DNA of 60,862 nucleotides from IMG/VR virus record IMGVR_UViG_3300010352_002076; one strand, given 5' to 3'. This stretch comes from an uncultured virus (IMG/VR IMGVR_UViG_3300010352_002076). Taxonomy: Duplodnaviria; Heunggongvirae; Uroviricota; Caudoviricetes. A program made the translations under genes and the position numbers. The stretch's first letter is position 1. Every line of letters begins with the position of its first letter. This document shows positions 17,796 to 25,904 of the stretch, piece after piece. The notes under the pieces were generated by a model. It did no database searches. It worked only from the letters and a program-made list of their open reading frames with translations, and was not told where the DNA came from.

Positions 17796-18554
17796 TCAGA
17801 CCGCCTTGAGAACCGCGGTGGCGTCGGCGCGGGTCACGATCCGCTTCGTCGGGACCCCCTTGGCGTCAACCTTGACGACCTCGGCGACCGGGGCGACCTT
17901 CTTGCAGCGGGTCGCGAGCTTGTTGTAGCGGAGCTCGTTGGCGCGGACCTTCAAGGCGACCGAGGTCTGCAGCGCAGTGCAGTACCGGCGCGCCGCGAGG
18001 CCGTCGTGGGCGAGCTGGATCGACGCGGGATCCCTGGGATCCACATTGTAGCCGTGCGCCTTCCAGAACGCCACGATCTGGGCGTCCTCGAAGTCGCGGT
18101 CGCGGCCCTGCATGGTGCCGCCGGCGCCGGTGATCATGGACGGCGAGGCCACGGAGAACAGGTCGACGAGATCCTGCGGGCTCAACGTGGCGAGGCGGTG
18201 CGACTTGTTGAAGCGGTGCTGGATGATCTCGTAGGTCAGGGCGGCGCTGCGCTTCGTGGAATCCAGGGCGTAGTCCGGGTCAGTCAACAGGACGCCCTTG
18301 GCGAGTTCACGTGCCCCGTGGGAGCTCATCCGCTTATAGGTCCGGGTGAGATCCTTGGCCGGGGTCAGCTTCTTCGAGACCAGACGGCCGTCGTAGGTGA
18401 CGTACTGGTTGTTGCCGAGGTGGGTGCCGTAGACGCCCTTGAAGACGACGTGGCCGGGACGATTCGCCGCGGCGTAGAGGTGCGGGAACGCTGCCTTCAC
18501 GGCGAGGTTCCACTTCACGAGGATGTTGTTGCTGTTGTTCTTGTGCTTGGCCAT
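17796..18554 (-). CDS. hypothetical basic protein (252 aa)
   Basis: Long ORF, strong codon bias, Lys/Arg-rich. Confidence 0.75.
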   Translation of the reverse strand: MAKHKNNSNNILVKWNLAVKAAFPHLYAAANRPGHVVFKGVYGTHLGNNQYVTYDGRLVSKKLTPAKDLTRTYKRMSSHGARELAKGVLLTDPDYALDSTKRSAALTYEIIQHRFNKSHRLATLSPQDLVDLFSVASPSMITGAGGTMQGRDRDFEDAQIVAFWKAHGYNVDPRDPASIQLAHDGLAARRYCTALQTSVALKVRANELRYNKLATRCKKVAPVAEVVKVDAKGVPTKRIVTRADATAVLKAV

Positions 18555-18586
18555 GGGGTACTGCTTTCGACGACGAGATGAGTGAT

Positions 18587-18621
18587 GAAACGAAGAAGCC
18601 CCTGGAGATCACTCCAGAGGC
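18587..18621 (-). terminator. intrinsic terminator-like hairpin
   Basis: Minus strand GCCTCTGGAG-TGAT-CTCCAGGGGC followed by TTCTTCGTTTC. Confidence 0.65.
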
Positions 18622-18650
18622 GCAGAGGTAGCTGGGCTACCGGTCCGGGA

Positions 18651-19328
18651 TCAGATCGCCAAGGGGGCGAGATCGCGCAGAAGAACGAGAGCAGCGTTCA
18701 GGTTGGACGCCACCGGGGCCGAAGCCTGGTCTTCCAGGGCTTTGGAAATCAGATAATCGATCCGATCGAAATAGGAGGCGCGGGCATGCCGTGCCACGAT
18801 GTCGTTCAGTGCGGGGTCCTGCTCGTCAGCTAGGGGCTCAGGCAACGGGGCGAGAACGGGGGAGGGCAGCGCAGTGACCCGCTGCGTCGGTTTGACACCA
18901 TTACCAATCACAACCACTTGATCACGGTCCCCGGGGCTCAGCCGCATAATATCACAGACAACGCACTGCAGCGCGACTTCATTGGAAAGCTCACACATCG
19001 AGTACACCGCAACATACCTGAACTGACCGTGAAACCGCGAACCAACAGGTAGCGTCGCCTGGACGTCGACCCGGGAGACCACGGTGGACATCAACCCGCC
19101 CGTATCCAACACACCCAGACAGCCAGACCGTTGTCCGCCTAACACTCTGGGCATGTCACTGAGCTGCTCCATGGAATAATACCCCAGAGAGTAACGTGTG
19201 GCGTATCCGTTCTCAGTCAAAAATCGGCGCATCCTACGGACGAACTCACTGCCCCTTTTGAGATAATCAGCTGGCAGTTTCTGGCCGGTCACGGCGAGCT
19301 GTTCCCTGGTAAGCAACGAAGTGGTCAT
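18651..19328 (-). CDS. hypothetical protein (225 aa), atypical composition
   Basis: AAGGA RBS; visibly AT-richer codons. Confidence 0.6.
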   Translation of the reverse strand: MTTSLLTREQLAVTGQKLPADYLKRGSEFVRRMRRFLTENGYATRYSLGYYSMEQLSDMPRVLGGQRSGCLGVLDTGGLMSTVVSRVDVQATLPVGSRFHGQFRYVAVYSMCELSNEVALQCVVCDIMRLSPGDRDQVVVIGNGVKPTQRVTALPSPVLAPLPEPLADEQDPALNDIVARHARASYFDRIDYLISKALEDQASAPVASNLNAALVLLRDLAPLAI

Positions 19329-19360
19329 GTTCGATTCCTTGATTGGTTGATTGATGGAAC

Positions 19361-19398
19361 GAAACGAAGAAGCCCTCGCCGGGGTTCCGGCGAGGGCT
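19361..19398 (-). terminator. intrinsic terminator-like hairpin
   Basis: Minus strand AGCCCTCGCCGG-AACC-CCGGCGAGGGCT followed by TCTTCGTTTCGTT. Confidence 0.75.
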
Positions 19399-19434
19399 AT
19401 GTCAACTCAGATCACTTCACAAAATCCTGTGACG

Positions 19435-19623
19435 TCAGGTGTCGTGAACCGCGGCGCGGTTCCCGCAGCCCCGGCAGTACAGATCGATGGAGCCCCAGGT
19501 CCCTGTCGCCTCGGAGCCATGCTTCACATTGTCCTGGACCTGGATGTCGGCCCCGCCGCATTTCTCGCAAACGATCCGGAAGCCGGGCACGGGCTGCGCC
19601 GGGGGATCCACGGGATCCGTCAC
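19435..19623 (-). CDS. small Zn-ribbon protein (62 aa)
   Basis: CEKC...CRGC; GTGA overlap with the nuclease stop. Confidence 0.6.
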   Translation of the reverse strand: MTDPVDPPAQPVPGFRIVCEKCGGADIQVQDNVKHGSEATGTWGSIDLYCRGCGNRAAVHDT

Positions 19624-20786
19624 GCCTGGGCCTTGTCGTAGTCCGCGAAGAACTGGGCCCTGACGACGTCGAGCCTGCCCCGGATCTCGGCCGGCTTCCC
19701 GGGCCGGATGAGATCCAGAACCACGGAGGCGACCTGCTGCGACTTCGCGAGACCGCTCTTCTCGAGCAGAGCCGGGATCCCCGGAATCCCGGCGACCGCC
19801 GCGGCGAGGTCGACCCTTGATGTCCCCGTGGTCCGGACCACGACGGGGTAGGGCATGATGATGACCTCGATGCCGAGGTCGGCGACGGCCTCCCGGAGCA
19901 GTTCCGGGGCACTGGGGACGTCATCGGTGTAGGTGAGGTGGATCACCGGGGTCAGGAGGCTCGCTGGGGCCGTTTCCTGTGCGTTTCCCGAAGCCAGGTG
20001 CTTGACCCACCCTCGGACGCCTTCACGGGTCTTCTCCAGGGTCGCCGCGGTCAGGGATGCCGCGGCGATGGCTCGGGAGCGGATCGGGACCCGGGTGATG
20101 TCTCGGGGGGTCCCTGAGGTGCTGTTGATCCGGAGTACGGACTTCCCGTGCTTGGCCTCCGTGATCGACCTGGTGTGCCCGGCGCCGGTGTAGCAGGCGT
20201 ACTGGAAACCGACGTCCTGGCTGGAGCGAACCGGGGCGCCCCAGGGCTCATGGATGTCGCCGAGAACAACGAGGGGGATCCCAGCGGGGACCCACTCGAG
20301 GTCACAGTTCCAGGTCCCGTCGATATCCAGGTACTGCCGCACGGCCTGATGCAGGAACAGGATCTCAGGGAGCTCCTTGCGGGTTCCGAGTTCGGCGAGC
20401 TTCCGGGCAATGGTGTCCCGGGGTGCGTAGTCCAGCGCGGCGCAACGGATCCCGGCGATGGAGAACGGGGCTCCGTTCCCGACGTAGGTGACGCAGCTCG
20501 TCACGGCATCGGTCCAGCTGACGATCCGTTTGTCGTGGTTGCCCTGGATGGCCCAGAGCCGGTTCCCGGCGGCGGTGACATCCTCGGCCCATTCCCGGAA
20601 CATCCGGGTCAACGTGGGCCCGGGTTCGGAGCTGTCGAAGACGTCGCCACAGAGCACGAGATCATCGTCTCCGGACAGGAGACCCTTGAGCTCGGACAGC
20701 ATGAAAGCGGAATCCCCGGAGATGGCTCGGAAGAGATCCCAGATCGTTGCGGAGATGTGAAGGTCTCCAAGAGCATATAGAGTCAT
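19620..20786 (-). CDS. sbcD: SbcD/Mre11-like metallophosphoesterase nuclease (gp47-like)
   Basis: GDLH, CGDVFD, GNHD, FLHQ and GDIH motifs; GAGGAG RBS. Confidence 0.88.
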   Translation of the reverse strand: MTLYALGDLHISATIWDLFRAISGDSAFMLSELKGLLSGDDDLVLCGDVFDSSEPGPTLTRMFREWAEDVTAAGNRLWAIQGNHDKRIVSWTDAVTSCVTYVGNGAPFSIAGIRCAALDYAPRDTIARKLAELGTRKELPEILFLHQAVRQYLDIDGTWNCDLEWVPAGIPLVVLGDIHEPWGAPVRSSQDVGFQYACYTGAGHTRSITEAKHGKSVLRINSTSGTPRDITRVPIRSRAIAAASLTAATLEKTREGVRGWVKHLASGNAQETAPASLLTPVIHLTYTDDVPSAPELLREAVADLGIEVIIMPYPVVVRTTGTSRVDLAAAVAGIPGIPALLEKSGLAKSQQVASVVLDLIRPGKPAEIRGRLDVVRAQFFADYDKAQA

Positions 20787-20820
20787 GTGAACTCCTCGGT
20801 GTTAGGTGTCTGAACTGATA

Positions 20821-20976
20821 TCCCTGAAACGGGGTCCCTAAGGGAATATTCTCCCACCACGAAAAACTGTTTAACGAGTAAACATCTTCTTCTCCTGATA
20901 GAGAATACCCTAAGGACCCCCATTTCAGGGAGTGTATCGTTTGGACCCATGTTTCTAGGTACCCATTTCAGGGAGT
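20821..20976. repeat. imperfect ~31-33 bp inverted repeat around an AT-rich spacer plus a 15-bp direct repeat
   Basis: TCCCTGAAACGGGGTCCCTAAGGGAATATTCTC (20821-53) versus GAGAATACCCTAAGGACCCCCATTTCAGGGA (20901-31); CCCATTTCAGGGAGT at 20919 and 20962. Confidence 0.8.
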
Positions 20977-22083
20977 CCGGTCCATGGCATCCCGGAACGC
21001 TTTGACCTGTTTCAGGAAGGTCTGGTGGGCTACGCGGGCATCGCCGTAGACCTCGGCAAGGATCTCAGGGTCCAGTGCGGGCTGTTCCAGGACCGAGGGC
21101 TCCTGCGGGAGCCCGGCGTACCGGAGCAGGTTGGAACCGTAGAACCGTTGTGTCTGGGTCCATCTGATCTCTTCCCCTTCGGCCCTGATGGCGTCACCGT
21201 CGGTGTAGCCTGGAGAGCTGCCATCCTCCGAGGAAGCCATCACCGGTGCCGGGGTATGGCGCCGGAAGTGATCCCATGCGTTCTGGATTCGATCAGGACC
21301 CGTAAAGGTCTGTTCCCAGGCTGTGACGACACCGCCGGCTACCGTGGCCAAGTTGCGGGTGACGCCGTGCTCCAGGATCTCCTGTTCAGAGCGCCCGTCG
21401 GATCTCCGCTGGACCGGAGCAGCTGCGACGAAGATCCCAACGAATCTGTACATGGGCTCCGGGGCCCCTGGGACCGGGAACAGAGCCCAGTACAGGGGGT
21501 GCCAGCATCGATCCCGTTCAGCGACACTGCGGAGCTGCGGAGCGCAGACCAGGGAGCGCCTGGCCTGCTCCGTCAGGACGTCTCGACAATCATTGCTCAG
21601 GGAGCAGTCCACGGTGACGACCCCGAACACGGGGGCCATCGCTGACGTCAGAGCCACGTAGGCACGCTCAATCTTGGTCATCCAGCAACCCGGGCACCAG
21701 ATCGCCATGCAGGCCGCTGTCTTGGCGCGCTCCATATCCAGGTTCCAGTACCACCGGTTCCGACAGACCCGGTACCGCTCGGGGTGCTGGGATTCCGCCT
21801 GCACGATCTGGACCCTGGCGTTGTAGCGGCCCTGCTCGGTCTTGATGAACTGGAAGGGGTGCGCGGATTCATCGCTGATGTCGCCGTTTCCATGGACCGC
21901 TGCGGGGTCCTCGAGCTCGGCGAGCCGCGTGGCGTAGTCGGTGCGGCCTGTACGTCCGAAATAGATCTCAGCAGCTAACCCGAGGGGGTCACTTGCTGGT
22001 GTTGTCAGGAGTGGGGAGCCGTGCGGGGCACGGCGGTTGTCCGGCTTGGAGCCGGACCCTATCCGTGCTGGCGGCACTAACAT
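20968..22083 (-). CDS. hypothetical Zn-finger protein, possibly degenerate HUH Rep-like (371 aa)
   Basis: C-x17-C-x4-CPGC cluster followed by hydrophobic strand FGVVTVD; start MLVPPA with GGAG upstream. Confidence 0.5.
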   Translation of the reverse strand: MLVPPARIGSGSKPDNRRAPHGSPLLTTPASDPLGLAAEIYFGRTGRTDYATRLAELEDPAAVHGNGDISDESAHPFQFIKTEQGRYNARVQIVQAESQHPERYRVCRNRWYWNLDMERAKTAACMAIWCPGCWMTKIERAYVALTSAMAPVFGVVTVDCSLSNDCRDVLTEQARRSLVCAPQLRSVAERDRCWHPLYWALFPVPGAPEPMYRFVGIFVAAAPVQRRSDGRSEQEILEHGVTRNLATVAGGVVTAWEQTFTGPDRIQNAWDHFRRHTPAPVMASSEDGSSPGYTDGDAIRAEGEEIRWTQTQRFYGSNLLRYAGLPQEPSVLEQPALDPEILAEVYGDARVAHQTFLKQVKAFRDAMDRTP

Positions 22084-22219
22084 CGGGGATCTCCGTGCGG
22101 AGCCGAGGCAGCCAGGGCTGCAGACGCCGGAGCACGACACGGGGCGAGGATGACCTCATGCCCGTATCGTACCCCGGCGCTGCACCTCAGCAATCACCTC
22201 CGGCTTTCCGGGGACGTGC

Positions 22220-22357
22220 TCAGGACACTCCGCTGCGCCGGCGGACAACGCCGACACCGATGCCGATTGCTGCAAGTAGCAGGAGCATCGGGAGGTACTG
22301 AGCGATTAACAGGATCACGGCGCTTGCCGTGAGTATGGTCGCAGCGTTGCGGTCCAT
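22220..22357 (-). CDS. small membrane protein (45 aa)
   Basis: Below ORF cutoff: MDRNAATILTASAVILLIAQYLPMLLLLAAIGIGVGVVRRRSGVS; AGGAGG RBS. Confidence 0.6.
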   Translation of the reverse strand: MDRNAATILTASAVILLIAQYLPMLLLLAAIGIGVGVVRRRSGVS

Positions 22358-22465
22358 GGGGAGCCCCTCCTGGGGCGGTAGGAGATCGCGGGGCCCCGGG
22401 ATTGGGACCCGTGACGACCTCCCGGAACATTCTCCGCTAGGAGACAGTTCCGATCAGCTCAGTTC

Positions 22466-22822
22466 CTATCCGTTTCCAGCCGGGGCCAGCGTCGCTATGG
22501 CGACCTGGTTGGCTCCGTTTCCTGTGATCGTGATCGTTGCCCCGGTCGTGGGCCCCGGGGCTTGGGACCACTCCCCAAACCTGGCCGTGTTGGGGTCGTT
22601 GGGGTGCACCGTGGCCGTGATGGTGCCTGTCACGGTGCGCGTCGTTGCGGCGACGAACATCTGGTCCGGCCGATCCGAGAAGGTCCAGTAGCCAGCCCGG
22701 GGATTGATCACGAAGGTGACCGACGAGCTCTGGGTCCCCGAGGTGGTGGTCGTGGCAGGGACCTTGAAGCCCTCGTTGCAGCCTAGCAGGACGAACAGAA
22801 TAACAAAAAGCGTGAACTTCAT
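22466..22822 (-). CDS. putative lipoprotein (118 aa)
   Basis: MKFTLFVILFVLLG-C lipobox, Thr-rich linker; AAGGA RBS. Confidence 0.65.
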   Translation of the reverse strand: MKFTLFVILFVLLGCNEGFKVPATTTTSGTQSSSVTFVINPRAGYWTFSDRPDQMFVAATTRTVTGTITATVHPNDPNTARFGEWSQAPGPTTGATITITGNGANQVAIATLAPAGNG

Positions 22823-22875
22823 GGGGATTCCTTTGCGGTTGTGGTGTTTCAGACCTGGTTTACCATGGGTCAACT

Positions 22876-24798
22876 GTGAAGACCTTTGGAACTACTACGG
22901 TCACGGCCCCGAAGAAGTTCGAGGTCAGTTCCGCGGACTACGGGACCGACCTGGGCCCCGGGGTCCCGGCGCAGCGGGCCAGCCAGGACCGCGTCGATGT
23001 CGTCAGGGCTGTGAACAACTTCAGGACGGTGCTTGAGGAGCGACCTGAGGTCGGCTTCGCTTCGATCCTGCCGCTGATCTTCAGACTCAAGGGGAAGCCG
23101 TTCGACATCGTCGATGGACACTTCTTGTTCGAGCATGAGTTCGTGGTGCACAATATGCCGCGTCGGCAGATCGACAAGGCGGGTCGTCAGGTCGCGAAGA
23201 GCACGAACAAGGCGGCCGGCGGCATCATCCGGGCCGCGGCACGACCCTACTACAACCTGCTCACGGTGACGCCGCTCTTCGAGCAGATCCGCAAGTTCAG
23301 TAACAACTACGTGAAGCCGTTCCTGCGGGAATCCGCGGTGCGGTCCTACCTCTTGGCGCAGGGTAGTGACCAGCAGGTCCTGCAGCGCACCCTGAGCAAC
23401 GGCTCCACACTGTTCTACAACTACGCCTCGAACAGCGCTGACCGTATCCGTGGTACCCCGGCTGACGAGGTCGACTTCGACGAGCTCCAGGACTTCGAGC
23501 TCGACGTGCTCCCGGTCATTCAGAGCTGCCTCGACGCGTCGCCCTACAAGATCGAGCGATACAGCGGTACCCCGAAGACGTTCGACAATCCGCTGCAGGT
23601 CTACTGGGATTACAGCTCCAAAGGGGTCTGGCATATCCCGTGCCAGGAGACCGGCTGCAAGCACGAGAACCGGTGCACCGTCGCCGACGAAGGCGACCTG
23701 CTCAAGATGATTGGTGATGGGCGCCGGCGGAAGGACGGCCGCCTGAACACCTTGCTGTGCGCGAAGTGCGGGAACCCGGTCAACGCCAGGCTGGGCTATT
23801 TCATCCACGCCTTCCCGAATCGGAGGCTCACCTTCGCGGGCTTCCATAAGCCCCAGATCTTGTTCCCGATGCACTACGAAAGTGCGTTGGCGTGGGACAA
23901 GATCATGGATGTCGCCAGGAACAAACCGAAGTACCTGTTCTACAATGAGGTCCTCGGGGAGAGCATCGACGTTGGTCAGAAGCTGATCACGATCGGCGAC
24001 CTCAAGGCCGCTGGCATCGGCAAGTATCAATCCCCGAGCACCTTTGACCGTTCCAACTACATCGCAACCGCGGTCGGCACGGACTGGGGCGGCAAGGGCA
24101 AGGAGAAGGTGTCTGACACCGAGGAGTTCATCTCGAACACCTCATTGGCCCTGGGCGGCATCAGGGGCGATGGGGTCGTCGAGATCACCTGGGGCTACCA
24201 GACTCAGTATTCCGCGGACCACTTCCGGGAGGCCGGGATCTGCAAGGAGGCCGCCGGCATCAGCGGTGCCGACATCATTGCGCATGACTACGGCGGCGCC
24301 GGTGACGTCCGCGAAAGCATCCTGATCAAGGCGGGTTGGCCAGCGGGCCGGATCCTGCCGTTCACCTACGTCGCCATGGGTCTCAACAAGAACATCGTGA
24401 CGTTCACGAAGGGACCAGCTGACGCCCGGGCCTCGTACAGTCTGGACAAGGCCCGATCGCTTCTGCTGCTCTGCGAACTCATCAAGGCGAAGAAGGTGAT
24501 CTTCCCGGAATACACGGGTCGCATGGCGACCCTGATGAACGACTTCCTGGCGATCTACCAGGAGAAGCGCGACAACCCACGCGGTGGTTCCTCGGTCCTG
24601 ATCAACCGAATCCACAAACAGCACGACGACTTCGTGCACGCCGTGAACTTCGTCGTCATGGGGCTGTTCCATCGAACCGGTAAGTGGCCCAACATGGGCG
24701 CGATCTGGGAAGAGATCATGGCGCTGAGGGTTGTCGGTTCCGATGGGACCGAGGAGAGCGACAAGCCGGGGCTCTGGCTGCCCGCGGATGTCCGCTAG
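22876..24798 (+). CDS. terL: terminase large subunit (GpA-like)
   Basis: KAGRQVAKST Walker A variant, RIRG...DFDELQD Walker B, SGTPKT motif, Cys cluster, nuclease motifs VGTDWG and DDFVHA. Confidence 0.88.
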   Translation: MKTFGTTTVTAPKKFEVSSADYGTDLGPGVPAQRASQDRVDVVRAVNNFRTVLEERPEVGFASILPLIFRLKGKPFDIVDGHFLFEHEFVVHNMPRRQIDKAGRQVAKSTNKAAGGIIRAAARPYYNLLTVTPLFEQIRKFSNNYVKPFLRESAVRSYLLAQGSDQQVLQRTLSNGSTLFYNYASNSADRIRGTPADEVDFDELQDFELDVLPVIQSCLDASPYKIERYSGTPKTFDNPLQVYWDYSSKGVWHIPCQETGCKHENRCTVADEGDLLKMIGDGRRRKDGRLNTLLCAKCGNPVNARLGYFIHAFPNRRLTFAGFHKPQILFPMHYESALAWDKIMDVARNKPKYLFYNEVLGESIDVGQKLITIGDLKAAGIGKYQSPSTFDRSNYIATAVGTDWGGKGKEKVSDTEEFISNTSLALGGIRGDGVVEITWGYQTQYSADHFREAGICKEAAGISGADIIAHDYGGAGDVRESILIKAGWPAGRILPFTYVAMGLNKNIVTFTKGPADARASYSLDKARSLLLLCELIKAKKVIFPEYTGRMATLMNDFLAIYQEKRDNPRGGSSVLINRIHKQHDDFVHAVNFVVMGLFHRTGKWPNMGAIWEEIMALRVVGSDGTEESDKPGLWLPADVR

Positions 24799-25139
24799 GA
24801 CTTCGAGACCCAGTTCCGCTCCACGAGCATGGCGCCCTGGAACACGATCCCCTTGATGGAACAGTACCGGCCCTGCCCGACGCGATACACCCCCGGCTTC
24901 AGGAGTGCTCGATAGTCGGTGTGGTCGTACCGGATCATGGCGTGCCCCGTTGGGGCGTAGACCCGGACGCGAACGGGCCCGTTGGGGGTCACGAAGAAAT
25001 CCAGGCCAGCTGACGTCACCGTGACCGTGGCCGGGTTCCCGATGAGATCCCAGGCGAGTCGATTCAGGGAGACCACGCTGGTCCGAATCGTACCCATGGG
25101 CTCCATGGGCTCCGCACGGTACCGCTTCGCCTTCAGCAT
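24795..25139 (-). CDS. hypothetical protein (114 aa)
   Basis: Shares CTAG stop overlap with terL. Confidence 0.6.
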   Translation of the reverse strand: MLKAKRYRAEPMEPMGTIRTSVVSLNRLAWDLIGNPATVTVTSAGLDFFVTPNGPVRVRVYAPTGHAMIRYDHTDYRALLKPGVYRVGQGRYCSIKGIVFQGAMLVERNWVSKS

Positions 25140-25579
25140 GAACGCAAGAGGCGTCCCGCTAGAGCGCCCTGGCAGCGCTGTGCGAACGCCGTGAGCTCGG
25201 CCTGGACGTCGGCGCCGCCACCGTGCGCAGCGTCGCCGAAATAGAGCCAGCGGATCTCGTAGCCGGTCTCGAACCAGCGCATGAAGCGCCAGTCGGAGCC
25301 GTCTGAACCGCGGAGCGGGTCACCGGCGGAGATCATGATCTCCAAGGAATCCGTGGCGACATCGACCCGGGGCCGGTGGCCCTTGGGCTTCCGGGCGTAG
25401 TGGTACCACTGAATCGCCGCGGCAAGCGGGAGAACGTCATCACGGCTCGAGGCATCGAACGCGGGATCCATGACCACCTTGATCTCGGAGGTCGCCGGCA
25501 TGAACGCCACGGAGCCCCAGCCCGGTGCCATGCCCCAGGTCGCCGCAAGCGAACCGCCCAAAACAATCAGATCCGTCAT
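25133..25579 (-). CDS. RNase H-like fold protein, catalytic residues apparently degenerate
   Basis: IVLGGS...GWGSV, LAAAIQW, VDVATDS and IRWLY follow RNase HI motif order. Confidence 0.45.
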   Translation of the reverse strand: MTDLIVLGGSLAATWGMAPGWGSVAFMPATSEIKVVMDPAFDASSRDDVLPLAAAIQWYHYARKPKGHRPRVDVATDSLEIMISAGDPLRGSDGSDWRFMRWFETGYEIRWLYFGDAAHGGGADVQAELTAFAQRCQGALAGRLLRSC

Positions 25580-25632
25580 GCCCGGCACAGTAGTTCCCCT
25601 TGACTGCCAGTAAAGTACGGAGAAGCACTGAC

Positions 25633-25697
25633 AGCTAAAAGAACCCACTGCCCCATCTCCCAACGGCCCAGGTGTGGGCCGTTGGGAGATGGGGCAG
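25633..25697 (-). terminator. perfect 23-bp hairpin with downstream T-tract
   Basis: CTGCCCCATCTCCCAACGGCCCA (25648-70), 4-nt loop, exact complement (25675-97); minus strand continues TGGGTTCTTTTAG. Confidence 0.65.
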
Positions 25698-25904
25698 GGT
25701 GATCCATGCTCAGACGCCCTTGGAGGCGCTGGGCGCCCCCGAGGGGGCTCTGGCCGGCCGGGGGGCCCCAGTATCCAAGGCGGTCTCCCAAAGGAAACCG
25801 TTCTTAGATGGATGTAGTCGACGCCATACCAACCCGTCTGCTTTCATCGCTGGTGTCAGGGCCGGGGGATTGCTCCCCCGGGCCCATTGCCGATCGGCCA
25901 CGTC

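Noticed and set aside
19399..19405. TTGACA on the minus strand as a sigma70 -35 box
   Set aside because: No -10-like hexamer at 16-18 nt; that position is inside a GC hairpin.
4483..19623. Stop-codon recoding as the cause of the many short ORFs
   Set aside because: Neighbouring ORFs change frame through ATGA/GTGA overlaps and have their own RBSs; long conserved genes are intact in the standard code.
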